Source of the DNA: an uncultured virus (IMG/VR IMGVR_UViG_3300011855_000001)
Lineage: Duplodnaviria > Heunggongvirae > Uroviricota > Caudoviricetes
Length of the DNA: 64,000 bases
Reading direction: 5' to 3' (one strand)
Virus record (IMG/VR): IMGVR_UViG_3300011855_000001
Span: 1-64,000 of that record
Shown: in pieces, positions 37,793-46,074 of the stretch
Layout: each line of letters begins with the position of its first letter
How positions within the stretch are numbered: the stretch's first letter is position 1
The notes under the pieces: model-generated
What the model was told of the DNA's origin: nothing
Databases searched by the model: none
What the model saw: only the letters and a program-made list of their open reading frames with translations
Position numbers and translations under genes: made by a program

Positions 37793-38482
37793 TTACGAAA
37801 TAGTGATAGAGCAGGTTGCCGGAGATCCGGTGATGGTCTGCCCGGCCTTAGCCGTCGCTGTTACTGTCACTGTGCCAGTAGCATCAGCGTCCAGAGTCAA
37901 CACGCCAGTAGTCGGAGCTACTGCGCCACCTTTAGAGCCAGCTACCGGGCTCACTACATAATCGAAGTCGGTCGCTACAGCGCCGCCCGTGCCAACATCA
38001 AACATCTGAGCGAAAGTCACAGTCGCGCCAGCGGCTGCGGTCACACCTGTTTTAGCAGCAATGGTCTTAACCGGAGCAGGTGGCGTAATGCCAGCAATAA
38101 CGGCGTCCACAGCCTGATCCACGATATCACCGAAACCTATATCAGCCAGCCCCAGATTGAGGTTGTTAAGCACGCGCACCAGCTCGGCACGCTTATGTGG
38201 GGTAAGCGCCTGAGCAGCTGCCTCGCGCTGCGCCTGAGAGTGCAGGAAAGCCTGCATCAGGTCGCCAAAGCCCAGCTTGGCAGTGCCAAGGTTGAGATTG
38301 TTGAGCAGGCGTCCAATGTCGGAAGCCTGCGCATCGGTGATGCTGGTATCGGTCGTGCCAGTGTCCAGCAGGTTAACAAAGTGTGTCCCGAAGTCGGCGG
38401 CGGCGATGCCCAGATTCAGGTTGTTCAGCAGGTGCTTTAGTTTACCTTTTGAACTTTCAGAGAGTGTCACAAGGGCGACCAT
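37793..38482 (-). CDS. putative head decoration protein (3 repeats + Ig-like domain)
   Basis: Three LNNLNLG...FG repeats; Thr/Ala/Val-rich beta C-terminus. Confidence 0.6.
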   Translation of the reverse strand: MVALVTLSESSKGKLKHLLNNLNLGIAAADFGTHFVNLLDTGTTDTSITDAQASDIGRLLNNLNLGTAKLGFGDLMQAFLHSQAQREAAAQALTPHKRAELVRVLNNLNLGLADIGFGDIVDQAVDAVIAGITPPAPVKTIAAKTGVTAAAGATVTFAQMFDVGTGGAVATDFDYVVSPVAGSKGGAVAPTTGVLTLDADATGTVTVTATAKAGQTITGSPATCSITIS

Positions 38483-38502
38483 AGCCGACTCCTATAAGCA
38501 GA

Positions 38503-38898
38503 TTATTCAGCCCCTTTAGCCGATTCCGCTGCCAGCCGCGCCTTGCGCTCAGCAGGAGTTTCGCGCTTAGGGGTTTGCGTATTTGCAGTGGCTTTTTTAG
38601 CCCCTGCCCCTTTCTGGATTTTACTGTCACTACCTGCCGCAGGGGCTTGCGGTTTCACATCTGGTTTCACTTCCTGCTTAATCTCCGGCACTGGCACCTT
38701 CGGAGTGTTTTCTTCCGGCTTCTTAGGCGCTTCCTCAGCGATAAAACCGGGAATGGTAAGGTAGCGTGCCACCTGCTCCTCAGTGAGGTCAGGGGACAGG
38801 TAACGGTACTCGCCTTCTGGCGCTTCCAGCTGAGTGAACGTCATCCCGTCAAGTTTGCAGTCAGGGCCCATCTGGTGAATGTTAATTACTTTTGGCAT
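38503..38898 (-). CDS. hypothetical virion-associated protein
   Basis: GAGGA RBS; follows the capsid gene; disordered C-terminal tail. Confidence 0.65.
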   Translation of the reverse strand: MPKVINIHQMGPDCKLDGMTFTQLEAPEGEYRYLSPDLTEEQVARYLTIPGFIAEEAPKKPEENTPKVPVPEIKQEVKPDVKPQAPAAGSDSKIQKGAGAKKATANTQTPKRETPAERKARLAAESAKGAE

Positions 38899-38924
38899 GG
38901 TTGGAATCCTCAATTTTCAGAAAC

Positions 38925-38947
38925 AAAAGGGCCCCGTAGGGCCCTTC
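38925..38947 (-). terminator. terminator after the major capsid gene
   Basis: AAGGGCCC-TACG-GGGCCCTTT. Confidence 0.7.
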
Positions 38948-38961
38948 AAATCGCCTACTGG

Positions 38962-40494
38962 TTATTCGCCAGTATGCGGACGCCATTTTGCCTGAGTAGG
39001 CAGAATGTTTTTGATGTAGCCATGGTGTTTCGGCTTGGTAATACGCAGATAACCAAACAGGAACTGGAACCATGACATTACAGGCATCCCGCCTACACCG
39101 AATGGCAGAGGGATCTTGGTCATCGGTTGGAACTGACGCCAGCCGATTGCATCCGCGCCAGCGCCAAGGTTCAGCATTGGTACACAGATGGTGCCCGGCA
39201 GAGTGCGGTTGTCGTCGTGGAACTTGGTCTTACCACCAGCGGAGCTAGAGGTATCAATTTTCACGTAACCGACCAGACGCATATCGCGCAGGGTGTCCAG
39301 ATCATCAGCAGCTTTCGCCACGTCCTGACGACCACGATAGATGGCGAAGCCGCCGCAATCAGTGGATGCCGGGTTGGTGATGGACAGCACGATTTCTTCG
39401 CCAGAGGCAACAGTAACCTGATCCACGATCACCGCTTCGGACAGGCCAGCGCCGGAGGTGCTGATACCTGCGATAGCGTAGACGTACTTACCAGCACGTT
39501 TGCCAGTGAAGCGAGCCGCGCCGTTTGTAGCCGCTGCGCCAGTTGTCGCGCCCGGTTTCAGTGCGGAGTTTTTCGCCGCCAGATCCGGGTTGGTCAGCTG
39601 GAACACATGCACCATCGGGTTGGTCTCGTCATGGATAAAGGTATCCATGTGAGTTTTCAGGGTGCCAGTAGTCAGGCGGATCCCGTTAACATGACCACCG
39701 ATAGTTGGTGTGTTCTGGCCTTCTGGCATCCAGCGGAATGCTGGATCTAAGCCCATGTTCAGATCGTTCTGAACAGAGTTAGGCAGGAAGATATCGGTTG
39801 ACTGGCCCCAGTTGCCGTAGGAGTTAACTTCTACGTTAATCTGAGACATCGGCTCAACGCTGTTCAGCGCGGTACCGTTCAGGTCAACGATGTGCTCCGG
39901 TGCCATTTTCCCCGCAGCCACTTCTTTGTCGATCTGGGTAAAGATACCGTCAAACTGCGTACTAACAACGTCAGCGTTACCATGATAAAGCAGGTAGTTG
40001 GCGTCGGTCAGCAGTTGCAGTGCGCCGTTACGTTCTTCGACCGCAATCGGCTCAGCGATGTTTTTACCGATGTTCAGGACATAGCCGACCTGACGCAGAG
40101 ACATCAGGAATTTGACCAGACCTACTTCACGGCTGTATTCGCCCTGTGCGGCACGTACAACGCCCATCTGGGTGTTGGTAGAACCACCAAGGAAACCACC
40201 GACAGATGACTGGCGGCTGTATTCGTCAACGATGTTGATCGCGTTGGTCTGCTGCAACATGTTGAACAGCGTAAAGTGCTTGTTCTCCTGAATCGTGGTC
40301 TTCATCGCAGTATCAAGAGACTGCACGCCTAACGCGCCGCCGCCCTGCAATTTGCTCACGTCAGTCTGATAGTCCGAAGCCTGAAGCGCTTTGGTCAGCT
40401 CCTCAAACTGGGCCATATTACCGCCCAGAGAGCCGCCAAGAGCAGCTGCGCCGCCCGGCAATGCGTTCTGGAACAGTTGGGCGATGTTTTGCAT
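38962..40494 (-). CDS. major capsid protein
   Basis: LTKAL...GGGALGVQSLD N-terminus resembling SPO1/Twort-type capsids; strong RBS; position. Confidence 0.85.
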   Translation of the reverse strand: MQNIAQLFQNALPGGAAALGGSLGGNMAQFEELTKALQASDYQTDVSKLQGGGALGVQSLDTAMKTTIQENKHFTLFNMLQQTNAINIVDEYSRQSSVGGFLGGSTNTQMGVVRAAQGEYSREVGLVKFLMSLRQVGYVLNIGKNIAEPIAVEERNGALQLLTDANYLLYHGNADVVSTQFDGIFTQIDKEVAAGKMAPEHIVDLNGTALNSVEPMSQINVEVNSYGNWGQSTDIFLPNSVQNDLNMGLDPAFRWMPEGQNTPTIGGHVNGIRLTTGTLKTHMDTFIHDETNPMVHVFQLTNPDLAAKNSALKPGATTGAAATNGAARFTGKRAGKYVYAIAGISTSGAGLSEAVIVDQVTVASGEEIVLSITNPASTDCGGFAIYRGRQDVAKAADDLDTLRDMRLVGYVKIDTSSSAGGKTKFHDDNRTLPGTICVPMLNLGAGADAIGWRQFQPMTKIPLPFGVGGMPVMSWFQFLFGYLRITKPKHHGYIKNILPTQAKWRPHTGE

Positions 40495-40555
40495 CGTTTA
40501 CTCTCCTGAGTAGTTAAAGTGTTCCCGACCGTAGAGCGGCGGGAGTCGGGAAAAA

Positions 40556-41245
40556 TTACAGGCCAGTGCCCAGCACTTTCGCCAGAATCGCCGGATCAGG
40601 CTGATAACCGTTGCGCAGTGCGCAGTCGATCATGTTCAGCTGCACGCCAGTGATCTTGCCTTCGTTGTATGCAACGTTGGACTTAATCATCAGGTCAGCG
40701 CCAGTGATCTGGGTATCTTCCGGCTGCTCAGTCGTTGCCTGAGTACCTGCCATGGATTTTGCCATCACGACAACCTGAGATTTACGCCCAGCACCCTGAG
40801 CGCCTGCATTAATCTGGTTCTGCTGCAATGACTTGATCAGCTCGCCCTGAGCCGCGATGGTGTTACCCATACGCTCCATCATGGACATCATCAGCGGGAA
40901 ACCAGTATTCAGCGCTTCGTTGGTGCTGTTTACGGATTTTTGCAGGGTTTCCAGCACTTCGGTGGCGTCGATCATCTGCTCACCATTTGCGCCTTCTACC
41001 GCAGGCAGAGATTTAGTCAGCTCGGTGTTTTCGCCCTGACCTTTGTTCTCGCCGTTCTCGTCTTTGTTTTCTTCGGTGTTTTCACCGGAACCAGCGCCAG
41101 CGCCTTCGCCGTTGTTGGCAGGGGATTCACCCGCAGCCGCCTGGATATTTTTGTCATCCTGAGCGGCTGGAATTGATTTCGCTAAAGTCTCTTTCTGCGA
41201 AGCATCGAGAGTCTGGAGCGTTTCCAGCAGATTTTTAAAGGACAT
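40556..41245 (-). CDS. capsid scaffold protein
   Basis: Lies between protease and capsid; helical/disordered; many xxKS motifs. Confidence 0.7.
   Translation of the reverse strand: MSFKNLLETLQTLDASQKETLAKSIPAAQDDKNIQAAAGESPANNGEGAGAGSGENTEENKDENGENKGQGENTELTKSLPAVEGANGEQMIDATEVLETLQKSVNSTNEALNTGFPLMMSMMERMGNTIAAQGELIKSLQQNQINAGAQGAGRKSQVVVMAKSMAGTQATTEQPEDTQITGADLMIKSNVAYNEGKITGVQLNMIDCALRNGYQPDPAILAKVLGTGL
40756..40771 (-). promoter_or_regulatory. internal late promoter motif upstream of the capsid gene
   Basis: GTCGTGATG-G-CAAAAT inside the scaffold CDS. Confidence 0.55.
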
Positions 41246-41248
41246 AAT

Positions 41249-42133
41249 TTAGCCTCTTTGTTGTAAGGAAATATCGCTCAGAAAGCGATGCACCCAAGCA
41301 GCCGCCTCGGATGGCGACATACTAAAGTTTGCGGCGCAGTATTGCGCCAGACCTTCTTCTGAGGTCAGGTAATCGGCGGTGATAGCACCGGAGATTAACG
41401 CGACGCTCAGCTGGTCACGGAACTCGTAATAGCTGATCGGCTGGTTGCTGCCCGTATCAAGCGACTGCACACCAAAGGCACCGCCCCCAGTCAGCTGGCT
41501 CATATCGCTGCAATAAGACGCCTCCAGCGCCTTGCTCAGCACGATCCCGCCCATGGATTTGGTCAGGGTGCCGATAGGCGACAGGGAGGCAGTGCGCAGA
41601 TGCTGGTTAACTGGCGTCTGGGACAGCGCGATATTCGTCCAGCGGACTTTATCGACCATTGTGACTTTTTGCTGGGTTTCCGGGTCTACCTGCACGCTTT
41701 TAGCGAGCACGGCACCACCGACAGAAGGGTACCAGCGCTGAGGCGGATTAAGCTGCGTCATTGATTCCCAGACCATGTTTGCATTCTCAGCCATCGGGCC
41801 AGTGCCCTCATACAGCTGCGCTTTTACAAACGTGGTGTTGCCATCGATCTTGACATCGACCGGGCGACCAATTTCGTAGCTTTTGGCTTCTTTGAGCGAC
41901 ATCCCCAGCTTTTGCCCGATAACGGTAAAGTGGTCAATGTCGATGTTACCGAATTTTAAAAACAGGTCGGTACTCTCAGCGAGGGCCTTAGCCATGATCT
42001 TCTCATTCGTCTGGTCGAGCCCTTCATTGGACGCCTCCAGAAAGATAAAACGCTTCCCGCCCTCGGCTTTCGCGTGGGCTTTGAGCATCATATCCATGCG
42101 GATAAGGTTGTCGGTATTCTCGGTGTCGATCAT
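41249..42133 (-). CDS. prohead protease
   Basis: EASNE..D, DIDH, PSVGG, IALSQTPVN. Confidence 0.8.
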   Translation of the reverse strand: MIDTENTDNLIRMDMMLKAHAKAEGGKRFIFLEASNEGLDQTNEKIMAKALAESTDLFLKFGNIDIDHFTVIGQKLGMSLKEAKSYEIGRPVDVKIDGNTTFVKAQLYEGTGPMAENANMVWESMTQLNPPQRWYPSVGGAVLAKSVQVDPETQQKVTMVDKVRWTNIALSQTPVNQHLRTASLSPIGTLTKSMGGIVLSKALEASYCSDMSQLTGGGAFGVQSLDTGSNQPISYYEFRDQLSVALISGAITADYLTSEEGLAQYCAANFSMSPSEAAAWVHRFLSDISLQQRG

Positions 42134-42161
42134 GGGGTTTGCCCTTTCAAAACATGCTTAA

Positions 42162-42177
42162 ATTCTGCCGTCACGAC
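42162..42177 (-). promoter_or_regulatory. late promoter motif (protease-scaffold-capsid)
   Basis: GTCGTGACG-G-CAGAAT. Confidence 0.75.
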
Positions 42178-42186
42178 GCAAATACG

Positions 42187-43326
42187 TCATGCAAGGATTT
42201 TTTCGAGCAGCGCCGCAAAATCAGGGTCGTCACCCGGTTGCGCTTTCGTGGTGGCCACCCAGCGCCCCCGGCAGTGTGGATGCGCCAGCCCGGCAGGAAG
42301 TTGCCAGAGCTCGTCCTCAGTCCGCTTCACCAGCTTCCCGGCGACGCGCTTATATGGCGACGCTGAGCGCCCGATATTGTTTTTACCGGGCCAGATCATC
42401 GTCGCGGGATCTTTGTTGGGGTAATCAGCCGGAACTACCGTGGCGATCTTCCCGTGAATTTTTTTGCAGAATGGGCAGGCGGTGCCGTACATTTCGACAC
42501 GCTTCACTTTTGACATCGGCTCGCACGCGGCGATAAAGCCCTGTAGCTGGCACTCTCCAGCCTCTGTGACGGCGATTCGACGCCAGTCCCTGTTCAGCTG
42601 CGAGAAGTTGTCAAAAAGCTCCTGCTGGAGCGCCTGCTGCGTTCCCGGCTCACCCAGCTGTTTGCGCTCCTCGCTGCGCATGATCACGCCGCGCATCATC
42701 TTCCGGGTGTTGTCCGCCAGATTGACCACGTTCTCAGCCGCGCGAGCGCTGGCAAAGTCCAGCGTGGTCTTTTCGATTTTGGTCAGCGGTACGCCACCGG
42801 ATTCCTCTTTGGTGTTGGGTAGGGCCATCAGCAGCTTGGCGGCGTCGTTAGCCGTCAGCTCTTTCTCCCAGTTAGCCTGGACTTTTCCCAGCAGCGTGGC
42901 TTTGGTTGCCAGCCAGTCGGCTTCCGCGATCAGGACATCCTTCGGCATGTAGGTTTGCACCGTCAGCTCGACGGCGAGAAAATGATCGTCCAGTGTCCAC
43001 TGGTCGAACGGCAGCACGCGCAGGTACAGATCCACCAGCTCGCGCTCCTCCTCAGTCCAGACCTGCATCATGCCCACCTGCGGCTTTGGCTGCGGTTTTC
43101 CGGCCTTCTGGTTCTTACCCAGCTCCCACGCCTCAATCGCCTTTCTGACGTTGCCCAGATGCAGCAGGCCGCGCTGGGTGAACAGCTCCACCAGCTTGCG
43201 GATAAGCGGGCTTTCGTGCGGACGCCAGATATCGCCATCTTCGCCACCGCGAATGGCTTTGTGCATGGTCTCCAGCACTTCATTGGTCACGTATGGCGTG
43301 AGCGATGTCAGATCGAGCGTAATGAT
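42187..43326 (-). CDS. MuF-like head morphogenesis protein (probable ATC start)
   Basis: RDWRRIAVTE, CPFC, HPHCR; TAAGGAG SD lies 8 nt before an in-frame ATC at 43326. Confidence 0.75.
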   Translation of the reverse strand: MITLDLTSLTPYVTNEVLETMHKAIRGGEDGDIWRPHESPLIRKLVELFTQRGLLHLGNVRKAIEAWELGKNQKAGKPQPKPQVGMMQVWTEEERELVDLYLRVLPFDQWTLDDHFLAVELTVQTYMPKDVLIAEADWLATKATLLGKVQANWEKELTANDAAKLLMALPNTKEESGGVPLTKIEKTTLDFASARAAENVVNLADNTRKMMRGVIMRSEERKQLGEPGTQQALQQELFDNFSQLNRDWRRIAVTEAGECQLQGFIAACEPMSKVKRVEMYGTACPFCKKIHGKIATVVPADYPNKDPATMIWPGKNNIGRSASPYKRVAGKLVKRTEDELWQLPAGLAHPHCRGRWVATTKAQPGDDPDFAALLEKILA

Positions 43327-43346
43327 GGCGTAGTCTCCTTAAATTA

Positions 43347-43546
43347 GGTGCCCCCCTTCTGGGAGGGGCGTGCAACCATTCGGCTACCCTTGCGGGCTGG
43401 TTGCTGCGTTCGCTGGCACAGTCACGCAGAGGCCCATCAGCCTCACCCTCAGTCAGCGTGAGGGAGGATTCCCCGGAGGCTCAACCTCCTCCAAGCCCCG
43501 GCGACTAGCGGGGAATGCACAGGTTTGCTTTCGCAATCGGAGCACC
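43347..43546 (-). ncRNA. putative 200-nt structured RNA
   Basis: Closing stem GGTGCTCC/GGGGCACC; GAAA and GCAA tetraloops on the minus strand; several internal stems. Confidence 0.55.
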
Positions 43547-43552
43547 AAAAAC

Positions 43553-45307
43553 TTACAGGTCGGGCAGACCAAACGATTTGTAGAGCCCTTCCTCGTCGAG
43601 GTTCTGCAACGTGTTATGCAGCTCATCGAATTTTTTCTTATTGTCGGCTTGCAGCTGCTCCTGCTCGGCCTGCTGCTGTGCAGCTGCGTCGGCGTCGTCA
43701 GGGTTGGCAGGATCAGCGCCCGGCTCCTCGCCCGGCTGCTGTAGCTCGGCCTGCTGCGCCATCTGCTCGGCTTGAATATCAGCGTTGACCTTAGCCATAT
43801 AAGGCTGCATCGAAACGCTGTTAAGCGGGGAGTTGGCCCAGTCTTCTTTGATTTCTTCCCAGTTGCGAGCGCGGCGTGCTTCGTTGACGGTAAGGAGCGT
43901 TTTCTCCTCGTCCCACGCCTGCTTCGGATCCTTCTCATCCAGACCTGTCCAGCGGAACACGTACTTATCTGAGAAGTCGGAAATGATGTAATCGGTGAAT
44001 AAGTCCTCAAAGTGCGACAGCAGCGGTCGCAGGCCCTTATCCTTCGAGTTGATCAGCTTCTCCTCCGTGTCACTGCCGGACAGCGAACTGGTACCAGCAG
44101 TGAAGGATTCGAAGTTGATCTCGTCCGGGGCGATGCCATAAATAGCGCAGATGATCGCGGTTAAGAACGTCATCCATTTGGCAAACATGATCTCGTTAAC
44201 GTCTACGCCAAAGTTTTCAAATTTCGCCGTGGATTCCGAAGTTTTGGAAACCATGACGGGCAATGTCCATGCGTTATTGATGCCCTTCACCATGCTATTC
44301 CAGTACCGCTTAAAGGAGTTGAGATCCTCGGTAGAATAGTCGCCGGAGAGATGGAGCAGACCTTTCGGGATGGCGTTCGAGTCGAAATACTTCTGGTTGT
44401 ACGTCATGGCGTTCAGGAAGCCCGTGACGGTGTTTACCAGCAGCTCAGTTTCGCTCATCCCGTAACCGCCGTTCAGCACATCGGTGCGGGTGTTGCGCGG
44501 AACATAGATCAGGTCGTTGTAGGTGTAAGCGGTGCGGATGTTACCCTGCACCACCTGTAATGCGAAAATCTCATCATCGCCCTTGTACCCGTCCTCGGTG
44601 CAGAGGCGGATCGTGGCACCATCGACGGCATAAAGCCCGTCCATGCCCAGCGAGCGGTTTTTCTTGAATTCGGTCTCAATCGGCGCGGAGTCCATCACCA
44701 GCGAGTCGCGCACCAGCTTGCTCATGAAGCCTGAGAAGTTATCGCGCTTGAGGCGAGCACGCACGCGGGGGTTACTCTCCCAGCCGCAGTTTTGCATGAA
44801 CATTTGCAGCGCGTTGATGGAGTCCTGCTCGGCTTTCGCCAGCCGCTGTGAGCCGTTCTGCTCTTTCAGGCGAATCTGGAAGCCGGGGCCCACGCCTTTC
44901 TCACTGGCGCGGCAGAAGCGTTTGATCTGGCGGATGCGGGTCATCACCACCGCCGACAGGATTGGCGTCTTGTCCACCATGTAGCGCATGGCATCAAAGC
45001 CAAAGTTTGTCGGACGCTCGTACCAGTCGCCCAGAATCTGCACCTGACGGTCATCCAGCCAGACGGACTGCATACCTTCTTTCTTGCCCTCGCGGACAGC
45101 CTGAGAAGGGTAATCGACCAGCGTATTTTTCTGGAGGGACTTGTAAAATTCCTGATCAGCATATGACTGGGCAATATGCTGAATCAGCGGGGCCAGATCC
45201 GGCACGCTGGAAGGCATTGCAGCTTTCTGCGCTTGCGCCATCGCATCCTGCTGTTCGTCGGCAGGCGCGGCAGGGTTGTGCGCGGTTTGGATGGCGTTGT
45301 CAGACAT
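43553..45307 (-). CDS. portal protein
   Basis: AVDGATIR, GYGMSETE, YFDSNAIPKGLL, LTVNEAR; AAAGG RBS before ATG 45307. Confidence 0.9.
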   Translation of the reverse strand: MSDNAIQTAHNPAAPADEQQDAMAQAQKAAMPSSVPDLAPLIQHIAQSYADQEFYKSLQKNTLVDYPSQAVREGKKEGMQSVWLDDRQVQILGDWYERPTNFGFDAMRYMVDKTPILSAVVMTRIRQIKRFCRASEKGVGPGFQIRLKEQNGSQRLAKAEQDSINALQMFMQNCGWESNPRVRARLKRDNFSGFMSKLVRDSLVMDSAPIETEFKKNRSLGMDGLYAVDGATIRLCTEDGYKGDDEIFALQVVQGNIRTAYTYNDLIYVPRNTRTDVLNGGYGMSETELLVNTVTGFLNAMTYNQKYFDSNAIPKGLLHLSGDYSTEDLNSFKRYWNSMVKGINNAWTLPVMVSKTSESTAKFENFGVDVNEIMFAKWMTFLTAIICAIYGIAPDEINFESFTAGTSSLSGSDTEEKLINSKDKGLRPLLSHFEDLFTDYIISDFSDKYVFRWTGLDEKDPKQAWDEEKTLLTVNEARRARNWEEIKEDWANSPLNSVSMQPYMAKVNADIQAEQMAQQAELQQPGEEPGADPANPDDADAAAQQQAEQEQLQADNKKKFDELHNTLQNLDEEGLYKSFGLPDL

Positions 45308-45336
45308 ACGGTTAACCTTTGCAAAGTAGTCCGCAG

Positions 45337-45360
45337 AGAGTGACATCACGACATCACGAC
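45337..45360 (-). promoter_or_regulatory. late promoter with a tandemly duplicated motif (portal)
   Basis: GTCGTGAT-GTCGTGATG-T-CACTCT. Confidence 0.75.
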
Positions 45361-45362
45361 GC

Positions 45363-45411
45363 AAAATAATTTAAATACCCTCTTGCTATCATCTTTTTTG
45401 CGTGATTTAAT
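45363..45411 (+). promoter_or_regulatory. sigma70-like promoter of the RNA island
   Basis: AT-rich UP-like tract, TTGCTA-17nt-TTTAAT with TG extension. Confidence 0.5.
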
Positions 45412-45420
45412 CCATCCCGT

Positions 45421-45781
45421 AGCACTGATTGGGATGTTTTCCGATATTGAAATTTAACTTAGAAAGTTAATGTCAGTTATGGGACGGAAAGCATCAACCA
45501 ATGAGCGCTTGGCTTTGACTACTCAATACGGATTTGTCGTTATTTCACGTATACGGTTGTCAAGTGCTCAGCCAAATCCGATAAACCGGGTAGATCGATT
45601 CAGACGGCTAAGTGGAGCCTGACGATGAAAGCGCCGGATGAGGATGCCGAATGGCAAGGTACTGGCCTGACTTTCCCCCTTTCAAAGTAAAGGGGCTCGA
45701 TATATCAATCTGCTGGTTGCAGCCTTTTTACCGAATCGCTTTCGTGTATACCTCTCGAAACGCAGCCAGCAGATTGATATA
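45421..45781 (+). ncRNA. series of long hairpins upstream of the tRNA
   Basis: Stems at 45421-45509 and 45510-45574, and a 20-bp stem 45701-45720/45762-45781. Confidence 0.5.
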
Positions 45782-45788
45782 CCGATTT

Positions 45789-45864
45789 GATTCTGTAGCT
45801 ACAGCGGTAGAGCGGCGCACTGTTAATGCGCGGGTCGCTGGTTCGAATCCAGCCAGAATCGCCA
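45789..45864 (+). tRNA. tRNA-Asn (GTT)
   Basis: Acceptor GATTCTG/CAGAATC, discriminator G, CCA; anticodon arm GCGCA-CTGTTAA-TGCGC; T-loop TTCGAAT. Confidence 0.95.
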
Positions 45865-46057
45865 GAGTAATCATGGGTTGGTTACAAGCCTGTCAGAAGG
45901 CAATCCCGCCCCGGCTTCTCCTCAGGTCGCCGGGGCACCTTCCCAGAATTAAGGGCAGTCCCTTACTTCTGCGTCGGTAAGAGCGGAGAATCAGGAAATT
46001 TCGACCGTAGTACCAAAACATTGCTTCCTTGCCGCCCCCGTGGGCGGCTTTTTTTTT
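45865..46057 (+). ncRNA. putative antisense regulatory RNA in the tRNA trailer
   Basis: Hairpins whose loop regions are complementary to translation-start regions; ends at a terminator. Confidence 0.5.
46031..46057 (+). terminator. strong intrinsic terminator
   Basis: GCCGCCC-CCGT-GGGCGGC-T9. Confidence 0.85.
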
Positions 46058-46074
46058 AGCCTGAGGAGTAACCC

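Noticed and set aside
43347..43546. Hammerhead ribozyme or SRP RNA identity for the portal-MuF element
   Set aside because: CTGATGG does not match CUGANGA, and the GCAA hairpin only loosely resembles SRP helix 8
45701..45781. Retron-like a1/a2 inverted repeats
   Set aside because: Only 41 nt are enclosed and there is no reverse transcriptase in the window
45865..46030. HDV-like (theta) ribozyme after the tRNA
   Set aside because: The 13-nt loop is too short for the P2/P3/L3 arrangement; only a possible TTCTCC/GGAGAA pseudoknot is seen
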